From NCBI GenBank assembly GCA_049903315.1, contig JBNGBT010000001.1, positions 261,497 through 325,496 on the forward strand: 64,000 nucleotides of DNA. Direction: 5' to 3'. Below the pieces are notes generated by a model that did not search any database, was not told the origin of the DNA, and worked only from the letters and a program-made list of their open reading frames with translations. Each line of letters starts with the position of its first letter. Positions within the stretch are counted from its first letter, which is position 1. Of the stretch, positions 18,360-28,500 are shown in pieces. This stretch comes from Candidatus Cloacimonadota bacterium. Its GTDB lineage: Bacteria > Cloacimonadota > Cloacimonadia > JGIOTU-2. Position numbers and translations under genes: made by a program.

Positions 18360-20849
18360 ATGAAAAAGACAACTATTCTATCACTTTTAATTTTATTGGC
18401 GTTAACAGCAACGCTATTCTCAAGTGACAAATACCTTACTAACACACAAACTTTTCCCTGGATAGGGCCGGATGGTGAAGATCCGGAAGTCGTCTTTGCA
18501 GATTTGATTGAACAGGAAAAACTTGTATCTGTTCATCATTCCGAATGTATGTTTTGGTATGATAATTTTACATGGCAAAACGAAATTGGGAAAATTAGAA
18601 ATGACTGTTTATACAAAATAAAAATTCTTCGTGATACTCCAAATAATCATAAAGAACATGTTGTCCAAGTACCTCAAAACAGAGACCCAACCACAATTGT
18701 TATCGATGTCAACGGTACCGGCAATTATACAACCATCCAGGAAGGTATCGACAACTCTGTAAATGGAGATACAGTTTTAGTCTATCCCGGAATATACTTT
18801 GAGAACATCAATTATAACGGAAAAAATATTACTGTTGCGAGTTTATATATTCAGACACAAAAAGACTCGTTTATTCATAAAACCACAATTGATGGCAATC
18901 ACAGCGGGAGTGTGGTGACATTTAGTAATGGTGAAGATAGCACTGCAATATTATGCGGTTTTACCATTCAGAATGGGAGTGGAACAATATATCATCATAT
19001 TTTTACTTGTGGAGGAGGTATTTATTGTTATTGTGTAAATCCAATAATAACCGATTGTATTATTAAAAACAATACTGCTCAATGGGGCGGTGGTATACAA
19101 TGCTTATCATCTAATATAACTCTAATAAATGTAACTGTCAATAATAATCATGCTATTAGTATTGGTGGGGGAATATGTTTTAGAGATGATTCGACAGTAA
19201 ATTTTGACTTTAACAACAGATGCAATATCTATCTCAATTATGCTGCAGCAGGAAGTGATATTTTATTGTTTGATTGTAATGAGATTACAGAAATAGTTGC
19301 AGATACCTTTACTGTTCTTAATCCAGACCAGGATTTCGTTAATACATTTTTTAGTTATGATGTAAGTTTTAATATATTTAATGCTAAAATTGAACCAGTT
19401 AATCAAGATTTATATGTAGGTCCTACCGGTAATAATATTAATAGTGGGTTAAGTGAAGAATATCCACTTAAAACTATATCTTATGCTTTATTAAAAATTG
19501 CTTCAGACAGCACTCAATTTAATAACATCCACCTTGATGAAGGTACATATTCTTCATCATTAACTGGAGAAAGATTCCCCCTTAATGCACGTAGTTATGT
19601 TGGAATAATCGGAGAATCAGAACAACGTACTATTCTTGATGGTGATAGTTTGATTTACTTGGTAAATTGTTGTTTTTATGATAAAAGTATACATTTGGAA
19701 AATATTACAATCCAAAACGGCAGGACAGAATACGGAGAAGGTAATGGTACAGGAATAAGATTTGAGTATTGTTCTAATGGAATAGTTAAAAATGCAACAA
19801 TAAAAGATAATATCGCGATAGAAGGAGATGCTGGTGGTATATTTTGTATGGAAAATAGCAATCCTACATTTGATAATGTTACAATTATAGGTAATACTGC
19901 TGAAGTTGGTGGAGGAGTAAAAGTGGTAGAGAGTAACCCTATTTTTTTAAATTGCATCATTTCTTATAACTCTGCAGATCCAACATATATCGGAACGGCT
20001 GGTATTTCATGTATTAACGAATCTTCAATAATACTAATTAATACTTTGCTTAATAAAAATTCTGGAAATGAAACTGCTGGTATATATTTAGGGACAAATT
20101 GTCATTCTACTACAATAAACAATTCATTCGTAGACAATAATGGTAATAATACAATATATTTACGAGAAAATGGGAACATAGAATTGGTGAATTCAATTAT
20201 TTGGAATAATACTAACAAAGAGATTGTCTTTTATGGAAATTATGCCCCAAACTATGCTGAAATCTTTTACACAGACATCAAGGGTGGTGAATCAGGAATA
20301 AATACAAATAACAATGGCACTTACTACTGGGGTCCTGGTAATATAAATCAAGCTCCTCTTTTTGTAGATTCACTCAACGATAATTATCAATTACTTCAAG
20401 GTTCTCCTTGTATCGATGCAGGCACACCGGACACAAGCGGTCTCAATCTTCCAGCAACGGACTTGGCAGCCAATCCAAGAATATTTAATGGAAGAATCGA
20501 TATAGGCGCGTATGAATATCAAGGATATGGCATAGACGAACCGGATACTTCGTTTATTCATAATCTGTATTTATTCAATAATACCCCAAACCCTTTTAGG
20601 GAATCCACCACAATATCCTTTATCTCAGCAGATTATGAAAGGATAAAGGAATACACGCTTTCTATATACAATACCAAAGGTCAGCTCGTACGAAGATATG
20701 AAGGGAACAAAGATAATTTTTGGGTAAAAACCGAAATTGTGTGGAATGGCACTGACGAATATGGGAAACAAGTAGCTCCGGGAGCATATTTCTATAAATT
20801 AGAGTATAATGGCCATGCGGTGGTAAGGAAAATGACATTGCTTCGTTAG
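18360..20849 (+). CDS. secreted right-handed beta-helix (pectin-lyase-fold) protein with choice-of-anchor-Q-like motif and T9SS C-terminal domain
   Basis: Signal peptide. Parallel beta-helix repeats ('NTAQWGGGIQC', 'HAISIGGGICF', 'NTAEVGGGVKV') are followed by '...RIDIGAYEY'. The C-terminal domain is 'NNTPNPFRESTTISF...LSIYNTKGQLV...GAYFYKL'. The N-terminal ~200 aa are almost identical to the partial gene at 62507. Confidence 0.75.
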   Translation: MKKTTILSLLILLALTATLFSSDKYLTNTQTFPWIGPDGEDPEVVFADLIEQEKLVSVHHSECMFWYDNFTWQNEIGKIRNDCLYKIKILRDTPNNHKEHVVQVPQNRDPTTIVIDVNGTGNYTTIQEGIDNSVNGDTVLVYPGIYFENINYNGKNITVASLYIQTQKDSFIHKTTIDGNHSGSVVTFSNGEDSTAILCGFTIQNGSGTIYHHIFTCGGGIYCYCVNPIITDCIIKNNTAQWGGGIQCLSSNITLINVTVNNNHAISIGGGICFRDDSTVNFDFNNRCNIYLNYAAAGSDILLFDCNEITEIVADTFTVLNPDQDFVNTFFSYDVSFNIFNAKIEPVNQDLYVGPTGNNINSGLSEEYPLKTISYALLKIASDSTQFNNIHLDEGTYSSSLTGERFPLNARSYVGIIGESEQRTILDGDSLIYLVNCCFYDKSIHLENITIQNGRTEYGEGNGTGIRFEYCSNGIVKNATIKDNIAIEGDAGGIFCMENSNPTFDNVTIIGNTAEVGGGVKVVESNPIFLNCIISYNSADPTYIGTAGISCINESSIILINTLLNKNSGNETAGIYLGTNCHSTTINNSFVDNNGNNTIYLRENGNIELVNSIIWNNTNKEIVFYGNYAPNYAEIFYTDIKGGESGINTNNNGTYYWGPGNINQAPLFVDSLNDNYQLLQGSPCIDAGTPDTSGLNLPATDLAANPRIFNGRIDIGAYEYQGYGIDEPDTSFIHNLYLFNNTPNPFRESTTISFISADYERIKEYTLSIYNTKGQLVRRYEGNKDNFWVKTEIVWNGTDEYGKQVAPGAYFYKLEYNGHAVVRKMTLLR

Positions 20850-21051
20850 CGCTACGCAATGAAAAATTTAAAATAGAAAAGTAAAAATGGAAAATGTGGA
20901 GTCGACGGCTCCGGCGTCGTATAATCACAATAATCATTACTATAATTACTAAGTACTTTCTTCTAATTAATATCCCTTTTTCCGATAACATTGACAAAAC
21001 TTATATGAGTAAAAGAATTTTTTATGTGTTACATTAAGCTATGGAGATGCA

Positions 21052-21702
21052 ATGAAAAAAATAATTATTCCATTGATTTTAGTCATGATTATAGTATGCT
21101 CGTGCGCGAACGAGCCAAAACGTCAATCACAATATGTGCGCAAAATACCTTCTGATAATGTATTTGTCTTTGAGTGTGAGAAAGATGAATATTACACAGT
21201 TCATTACCAGGATGACATGGCATTTCTGTATCACGGTTATGATGTGTACAAATTGCCCCGTGCAATCTCAGCCGATGGTGCACGCTTCAGCGACGGGGTA
21301 AATGAATTCTGGAATAAGGGTGATATGGCAATGATCACAATCGGAGAGAAATCCTATCAAAACTGCCAGCTGGTTGATCCCAGTAAAGTTAAACTTAAAA
21401 TTCCTGAAGATTATTTCTGGGGTATGAGTAATGATTCAGGTTGGTCACTCTCAATTTTTAATTCAGAAATCGGCGTATTCTTTCATAAGAACAACAAAAC
21501 ATATAGATTTGACTCTTCTTCATGCATGGATTCTGGAAAAGATGAGAAAGTCTACACCGCACAAACTGATGATCATACGGTAAAAGTTGTGATCTCAAAG
21601 CAGGATTGTTATGATAAAAAAAGCGATCAACACTTCCCATACCATGTCACTCTATTTCTTGATGGAAAAGAATATAATGGATGCGGAAATTCCCCTGAAT
21701 AA
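21052..21702 (+). CDS. MliC-family (membrane-bound lysozyme inhibitor-like) lipoprotein
   Basis: Lipobox 'IIVCSC|A'. 'LPRAISADGARFSDGVNEFWNKGDMAMI' matches the MliC signature SASGA(R/K)Y..G...FW.KGdeA. Confidence 0.55.
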   Translation: MKKIIIPLILVMIIVCSCANEPKRQSQYVRKIPSDNVFVFECEKDEYYTVHYQDDMAFLYHGYDVYKLPRAISADGARFSDGVNEFWNKGDMAMITIGEKSYQNCQLVDPSKVKLKIPEDYFWGMSNDSGWSLSIFNSEIGVFFHKNNKTYRFDSSSCMDSGKDEKVYTAQTDDHTVKVVISKQDCYDKKSDQHFPYHVTLFLDGKEYNGCGNSPE

Positions 21703-21778
21703 AATGCATAATTCTAAAAAAGTTGACTTTGCTTCACGTTTCAAATGTTTGTAAATATGATTTTACATAGGAAAAAAT

Positions 21779-22240
21779 ATGTCTAAAGAACAAAATGCAA
21801 TCGCATATTGTGGATTATACTGTGCTGAATGTTTTAGTTACAAGGGTACTGTTGCGGATTTAGCCCGTGATTTACGAAAAGAGCTAAGAGTTTATAGATT
21901 TGACAAAATTGCCCAAGTTTTTTCGAAGATTTCATTCTTCAAAGATTTCGAAGATTATGATATATGTTACAAGGTCTTGGGAGCAATGGTCAAAGTGCGA
22001 TGCAGAAAGTTATGTAGAGATGGTGGCGGAAATCCCTATTGCAAGGTCAGGATCTGTTGCGAGAAAAAAGGTATTGTCGGATGCTGGGAGTGCGAGGATT
22101 TCATTATATGTGAGAAACTCACATTTCTTAAAGAGAACCACGGCGATGCACATATTCAAAACATGAAGATCATAAAGAAAAAGGGTGTTTCAGAATTCTT
22201 GAAAGGGAAGAAACACTGGTATTTAAAACCAAAAGAATAA
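21779..22240 (+). CDS. DUF3795-like cysteine-rich protein
   Basis: 'AYCGLYCAECFSYKG' plus downstream Cys clusters ('CRKLCRDGGGNPYCKVRICC...CWECEDFIIC') are typical of DUF3795. Confidence 0.55.
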   Translation: MSKEQNAIAYCGLYCAECFSYKGTVADLARDLRKELRVYRFDKIAQVFSKISFFKDFEDYDICYKVLGAMVKVRCRKLCRDGGGNPYCKVRICCEKKGIVGCWECEDFIICEKLTFLKENHGDAHIQNMKIIKKKGVSEFLKGKKHWYLKPKE

Positions 22241-22264
22241 ATATAAAAATGTAGAGAGGAAAAA

Positions 22265-23095
22265 ATGGATCCGATTCAAACAACAAAACCGTATTTGGAC
22301 AAGGCAATCGAACTCATAATGGAGTATGGTCCCAAACTGATCTTGGCAATTGTAGTCCTGATCATTGGTATGTGGATCATAAAAGGGATCAAAAAACTCA
22401 TTATAAAAGCAATGGATAAAGGCAAGGTTGATGTCTCTTTACAGAGATTTTTGATCAGTCTGATCATTATTACTTTTAAAGTATTGCTTCTGATAAGTGT
22501 CGCATCGATGATTGGAATAGCCACCACATCCTTCGTGGCAATTCTCGGAGCTGCCACCTTTGCAGTCGGCCTTGCGCTGCAGGGCAGTCTGTCAAACTTT
22601 GCCGGTGGTGTCCTCATACTCCTGCTCAAACCCTTCAAGGTTGGAGACACAATAGAGGCGCAGGGATTTGTCGGGAAAGTTCATGCGATTCAGATCTTTA
22701 ACACGTTGATGAAAACCTTCGATAATAAGATGATATATATCCCGAACGGCTCTCTTTCAAATGGCAATATCACAAACTATTCCCATGAACCGATACGCAG
22801 GGTTGACATGACTTTTGGCGTCAGCTATGGTGACGATATAAAGAAAACAAAAGAAGTTTTGGTCAAACTGGTCAATGAGGACAAGCGAATACTGAAAGAC
22901 CCGGCACCACTTATTGCTGTATCAAATCTTGGAGATAGTTCTGTAGATTTTGCTGTCAAAGTGTGGTGCGAAACTGCTGAATATTGGAATGTATATTTCG
23001 CTATGCAAGAAAACGTAAAAATGACGTTTGATAAAGAAGGTATCTCGATCCCCTTCCCGCAAACAGATGTGCATTTTTTCAAAGAAGAAAAGTAA
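22265..23095 (+). CDS. small-conductance mechanosensitive channel (MscS family)
   Basis: Three TM helices, the pore helix 'AILGAATFAVGLALQGSLSNFAGGVLILLLKPFKVGD', and the beta-domain 'NITNYSHEPIRRVD'. Confidence 0.85.
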   Translation: MDPIQTTKPYLDKAIELIMEYGPKLILAIVVLIIGMWIIKGIKKLIIKAMDKGKVDVSLQRFLISLIIITFKVLLLISVASMIGIATTSFVAILGAATFAVGLALQGSLSNFAGGVLILLLKPFKVGDTIEAQGFVGKVHAIQIFNTLMKTFDNKMIYIPNGSLSNGNITNYSHEPIRRVDMTFGVSYGDDIKKTKEVLVKLVNEDKRILKDPAPLIAVSNLGDSSVDFAVKVWCETAEYWNVYFAMQENVKMTFDKEGISIPFPQTDVHFFKEEK

Positions 23096-23126
23096 ACAGC
23101 GTTTTAGAAATAAAGAGGTATAAGAA

Positions 23127-23879
23127 ATGAGAAAAATATTAATATTTTGTGCAGTAATTTTTTTGACTCTCACCCCGGTCGTTCATGCTCAGTTCGTGAC
23201 TGATCTGGAAACAGGACTCAATCTTAGTGGATATAATGATGTCAGGATACCGGGGGATACAGGGACACCCTTCTCGCTCGCGGATATCGGCTCAAATGCC
23301 TCTCTCTTTTTCCGTGCAAAATTCAACTATACTATTGCAGAAAGACACACAATTTCCATTCTGCTTGCACCTTTTACAAAAACGTATCAAGGTAAACTGA
23401 GCACAAATATTGCAGATTTTGCAGGACAAAGTTACTCTTCGATTTATGAAGTGAAAGCAAAGTACAAATTCAATTCCTGGCGGCTTTCCTACAGGTGGGA
23501 TTTCGTAAAATCTAAACACTTTCAGATTGGCATCGGTCTTACCGGCAAGATCAGAGATGCAAAGATCAGCATGAAGGGCAAGGATAATATGGGCACAATA
23601 GTGGAATCATCAAAGAAAAATGTGGGATTTGTTCCGCTTATAAATTTCCTCTTTGCGTGGAAGATAACTCCCTGTATGAATCTGCGTATAGAAGGGGATG
23701 CGCTTGCTGCTCCACAAGGACGTGCTGAAGATGTATTTTTCGGATGGACAGGATGCATTTCAGATAAAGTAAGAATAAAACTCGGCTACAGATTCCTGGA
23801 AGGTGGCGCAGACAATAATGCAGTATATAATTTTGCACTGTTCCATTACATTGTCTTTGGATTGTCATTTCAGATATAA
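23127..23879 (+). CDS. outer-membrane beta-barrel protein (unknown family)
   Basis: Signal peptide MRKILIFCAVIFLTLTPVVHA. Alternating amphipathic beta-strands. C-terminal strand 'FGLSFQI'. Confidence 0.6.
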   Translation: MRKILIFCAVIFLTLTPVVHAQFVTDLETGLNLSGYNDVRIPGDTGTPFSLADIGSNASLFFRAKFNYTIAERHTISILLAPFTKTYQGKLSTNIADFAGQSYSSIYEVKAKYKFNSWRLSYRWDFVKSKHFQIGIGLTGKIRDAKISMKGKDNMGTIVESSKKNVGFVPLINFLFAWKITPCMNLRIEGDALAAPQGRAEDVFFGWTGCISDKVRIKLGYRFLEGGADNNAVYNFALFHYIVFGLSFQI

Positions 23880-23905
23880 GTAAAGTACATTAATTGTTGT
23901 AATGT

Positions 23906-23934
23906 AGAAGGCGATAATGGCATTATCGCCTTCT
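23906..23934. terminator. bidirectional terminator hairpin (13-bp perfect stem AGAAGGCGATAAT-ggc-ATTATCGCCTTCT)
   Basis: Lies between the convergent genes 23127..23879 (+) and 23978..25513 (-). Confidence 0.65.
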
Positions 23935-23977
23935 GTATATTGTGTTATCACGGGCTGTTCCATGAAACGAATGTTTT

Positions 23978-25513
23978 CTACAACTCAAAATCCAATTTCT
24001 TTGCCCACAGCGCTGTCCGATCTCTATTTCTCAGGAAATTATCAGTCATAAATTCACGGTCTATCTCGATAACTTCATCAAATACAACTTCATCATTAAT
24101 AATTACTTTTACAGGATTATCAAAATTTACCATATCGGGATGCAGGAAAAGTGCCAGTTTTTTTACTCGCGATGTTTCTAGTACAAACTCATTCCCAAAA
24201 TATTTTGCCTGCACTGCACCCGAAGGTTCGGAATAGACGATCGCATCATAATAAGTAGTGTCCGGGAATTGACCATAAAGTCTGATCTCTTCATCGTATC
24301 TTTTCACAGTAAGACTGACTGAATCTCCGCGGTGCTTGAAGGTTTTCAGACTATCCATCTCATCTAGAGAATGAATCGTAATTCCATCCATTTTTATGAT
24401 AAGATCCTGCTGCTGAAGTCCCATTTCACGTGCTGTGGTTTCACCGTCGACGAGATTATAAACCATGATGCCGTCGTAATCAAAGTCATCATCTGGAAAG
24501 AAGCCGAAGCTGATACGGTCATCAGGAAGCTGGGTTTGATATTCTTTATGCCAATCTGTAAGTGACATCGTAGAGTCTATTTCGAGGATTTCAAGCCAGT
24601 CACATTTGCCATAATCCGGCGTCCAGGTTTCCCAGTATATACTCGGCTGGAAAATATTTCTCGGCTGCACCTTCATACTTTCTATCATAATCGGAACTTC
24701 TTTTTCTGCATAATCAAAGGAATGCCCGATTCCGTAGTATTCTTTGTAGAGCATATTGGCTCCTGCATCAACAGCGAGATCCATTAAAAGCCGCGTTCTG
24801 CGTGCTGGATATAGTTGATCTAGGTCGGTATTTATGACATTCGATCTTCTGTTCCTGAGATTCGGTAAATAAGATGGAGTGTTTGTCACTCGTGATCCCA
24901 CAGAGAGAAATCCGTTCAGGGGATAGAACGATGCAAAATCATCGGGAGTGCTCAATGCCATATAGAAAGAGCCCGAACCTCCGTCAGAAAATCCGGTTAC
25001 AAATATTCGATCATCATCAATATTGTAATATGTTTTAAGTGTTCTGATCTGGGTTTGAATATTTCTCACTCCTGCCAGATCCCACCAGGATGTGTCTATA
25101 TTTCCAAAGGGGAAAAGCATCAGCCAGTTGTTATCTTCAGCATAATGAATGAAATAGTTTTCTGCTATGATAGCCTCTTCAATTGAATAGAAATCCCTTG
25201 TGCTCACTCCGCCATGGAGATAGACGAGTAACGGCGTCTTTTTTGAGGAATCATAATCGGATGGGATATACAACACATATGGTGCAGCCAAAGTATCATT
25301 TATCTGGTTGTAATAGGTAATGTACACGCCGGTTGAATCCGGTTCTGGATATTCGTTCCATTGAGAGAGGATTGTATAAAGTGAGTCGTCCGAGATAGCG
25401 TTGTCCACAGCATATCTATTGATCATATTTAACCAATTCTCATCCTGGGAAAGCAGCGAGGTTGAAATGCCCAGCAAAATCACTAATAAAATAAGAATTG
25501 CATATTTTATCAT
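23978..25513 (-). CDS. secreted alpha/beta-hydrolase (esterase / S9-peptidase-like) with PDZ domain
   Basis: Start taken at the internal ATG (25513, RBS AGGAG), giving the signal peptide MIKYAILILLVILLGISTSLLSQ. 'LLVYLHGG' and 'FVTGFSDGGSGS' form a GxSxG-type nucleophile elbow. The PDZ-like segment is 'QQQDLIIKMDGITIHSLDEM'. Confidence 0.55.
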   Translation of the reverse strand: MIKYAILILLVILLGISTSLLSQDENWLNMINRYAVDNAISDDSLYTILSQWNEYPEPDSTGVYITYYNQINDTLAAPYVLYIPSDYDSSKKTPLLVYLHGGVSTRDFYSIEEAIIAENYFIHYAEDNNWLMLFPFGNIDTSWWDLAGVRNIQTQIRTLKTYYNIDDDRIFVTGFSDGGSGSFYMALSTPDDFASFYPLNGFLSVGSRVTNTPSYLPNLRNRRSNVINTDLDQLYPARRTRLLMDLAVDAGANMLYKEYYGIGHSFDYAEKEVPIMIESMKVQPRNIFQPSIYWETWTPDYGKCDWLEILEIDSTMSLTDWHKEYQTQLPDDRISFGFFPDDDFDYDGIMVYNLVDGETTAREMGLQQQDLIIKMDGITIHSLDEMDSLKTFKHRGDSVSLTVKRYDEEIRLYGQFPDTTYYDAIVYSEPSGAVQAKYFGNEFVLETSRVKKLALFLHPDMVNFDNPVKVIINDEVVFDEVIEIDREFMTDNFLRNRDRTALWAKKLDFEL

Positions 25514-25515
25514 TG

Positions 25516-28500
25516 TTACTCCTCTGTCTTTTTTTGCAAGATGTCGTTGATGGTTATACATCTATTCATCATTGAATTTTTTCTGCACATCATGTAATGA
25601 TCGCAGTAGGTGCATGGTTTTCCATACAATTCACGTTCCCTGATATTGAAATTTCCGAGTATTACTTTTTCACCATACGTCAGAAGAAACTGCGAAAATT
25701 CATCCCGTAAGACGAGATGTTCTTTATACTCATTACGGCTCTTCCACTTGATCAGGAAACCATCATTTGCAAACTGAATCGTAAATTGATTCTTTGACGT
25801 TGCGATATCTTTTGTACTCTCATAAACGAATAACGGATCTTTACCATTATAGTGATTTTCAAGAGTGAGCAGATAGACGAGTGGCTGCACATCCCAAAAC
25901 TCAACGATGTCTTTTACTGCGGGAGCTGCACCGGTTTTATAATCACTTGCAAGAATACCTCCATCATGATGTTGAGAAATCTTATCGATGATCCCTCTGA
26001 AATGTAACTTTACAACTTCATTTTTCATTTCAAAGATCTTCCATGAACTAAGACTATGTTCGCCAAAATCCTGTTCGAAAAGCAATGGCGTATATGCTGC
26101 AAAGTTATCAATATTGAATCGAAGCAAGGAGACTAGCAGGTTATTCTCATAACATTCTGTAAGTCCTTCTATGTATGGCGCATAAAGCCGTTGAAGGAAA
26201 AGATCGTTTTCAAGATGAATATGATTTTTCTGTAATACCTGTTTCAATTGTTTATCAAGCATCGAACATGCATGCTCGAAATTGTTTCTTAGAATGGTAA
26301 ATCCATCGGCTTTGCCAAATTCTTCCAGTGCTTTATGAATATGATTTCCGAGCGATTTTCTCAACTCACCATCTTCATTATATTCTAATGGTTTAATCTT
26401 GAGTATGTCACGGAATAGGTACTGCATTGGACATTGGATGAGTGTATTCATTCCACTTGCTGAGATCAACACTCTATCCGATCCGTCCGGATTGACCTGT
26501 CCCTTGTATGGTCCAATGTCTTCGCTGAGATAGTCATTATGCCGCTGAAGAACTGGCAGATCGGGATTTTCAATGATCCGCCGCTCACATGTAAGGTAAT
26601 ACTGGCGTAGTGTTTGCGGAAATGAGGTAGAAATACGCTGTTCTTTTTTGATGTCCATACCTTCTAGAAGGATCGATGGATTAAGCGTATCACCAGTTAT
26701 ATTATGACACGGATACGAAAAATAAATCTGTTGGTTTTTACGAATCCAACCATTTAAGAGGAGGGCACTTTTATGCCATTCGTAATGAGGGATTGATTTT
26801 GTGAGGGGATTTTTCTTCGGAGGAACTGGGAAATAATTTTCTGCAAGCCCTGCAACGAAAAGTACTTTTGCTGTTGAGTTATACGATTCAAGATAGCTGA
26901 TCACCTCGACACCTACACCATTTATTGTTCTGGGTAGATTTGAATCTTTGAACTGTTTTTTCAATTCACGCAGGACTTCATCATTCTTGGATGGAAATCC
27001 GATTACTGAGTATGTATCAAGCGTACGATTGATAATCCTTTGAATACATGAAAAAACAGATGCCAATTTCTCGTCTATCTCGATCAACTGAACGATGCTA
27101 TGTGCTTGGAAGAAACTCTCAACCTTATTCCACAGATTAGATAGATCTTCTGATCCGGGTAATAATCTCATCATTGCAATTGCTTCGATGACAGAGTGGA
27201 TGGTCTCTCTATATGCTCCAATACCTTGAATTTCAACAACGTCACTAAAGTAGGTGACAGGATTACTTCGTATAAATGCATCAAGTTTGCACAAGTCGTC
27301 ATTCGATTGTATAAGCGGATGCAACAGCACGGATGAAAGAGTCTGCCATGTAAGATGTTCGGACGAGAGAATGATAGTTAACAGTCCGATTATAAAGTTC
27401 GTCAGAGGTTGATCAATGAGAGGAATTGGTGCAAAAATCCTATAGGGAATTCCATAAGCAGAAAAAACCTTTTCGATCACCGGTATATACACGTCTATGC
27501 TGGAAATTGCAAGCTGTATTTCAGAGAATTCAATATCCTTGTTCTTCAAATCAAGTATATGTCGGGCAATGCCGGCGATCTCGGTTTTGACAGAGTGGAA
27601 TGCTGTACAATAGGTATCAGGGATTTTCTCAGGGATTATTTTCTGCCACACACCTTGAGAATATGGAAAATCTGAAATAAGCGTATTCTTTCCAAAGGAA
27701 TCCATGAAGAAGAAAGCTTTTACTGTTGTTGCGATTTTTCTGATAAGATCAAAATCACGCTCATAGTCCTTGAAGAAGCCATTTATGATAACGATACTAT
27801 CGGAAAAATAATCATCTACAACATCAACCATGATTTGAGATTCATAAGCATAATGATATTGCTCTCGAAGACACTCAAAGCATTTGTATATCTCTTCAAA
27901 CTCGACTCGAGAAGATTTGAATGCTTTTTTCTGCTGAAAGTTCTCTTTAAATGCCTGTGCGAGAAGATCAATCGTTCCATCTGAAATTTCGTAATTCTCC
28001 GCAGCTTTTCTAACCAGCATCCTGCTTATCTCAGGAGTAATTTTTTTAAGAGCTGATCCATTCATACGATAAAGCCGCTTCAGTGTCGTGATCTCAATGT
28101 TTGGTGACAGCATCTTCATGGCTGCCAATGATCGAAGCATCTTTTTTGCATGATAGGTAGTCAGATTAATTACCGTCATCGGTTCATCATTGATCTTTTC
28201 TATGATCTTCGATTCGATTGGAGTTGTCTGTAAATCTGATGGAGTAAAAGGATGTTTCTCTCCAGGAAATATCGCTGCCCAATAATCATCAGAAAAAGGT
28301 ATTTCTCTTAATTCATTAAATGAGGAATAATAAATATATGCCTGTGCATCGATATCATATAATTGCTTTACCATCCAGAGGTAGGTCTGAAGCTGGAGAG
28401 TATACTGCTCATGGAATTGCTTTGTCCGGTCTGTTTTAAAATCTACGACCTTCCACGCATCACCATCATGATAAAGCAGATCGATAATACCATTCACTTC

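Noticed and set aside
22276-22650. 124-aa minus-strand ORF
   Set aside because: It is antisense within the MscS gene and has no motif. Other internal or antisense ORFs in the track (for example 131..694, 2672..3283, 4745..5509, 19676..19960, 29032..29460, 55876..56226) are dismissed for the same reason.
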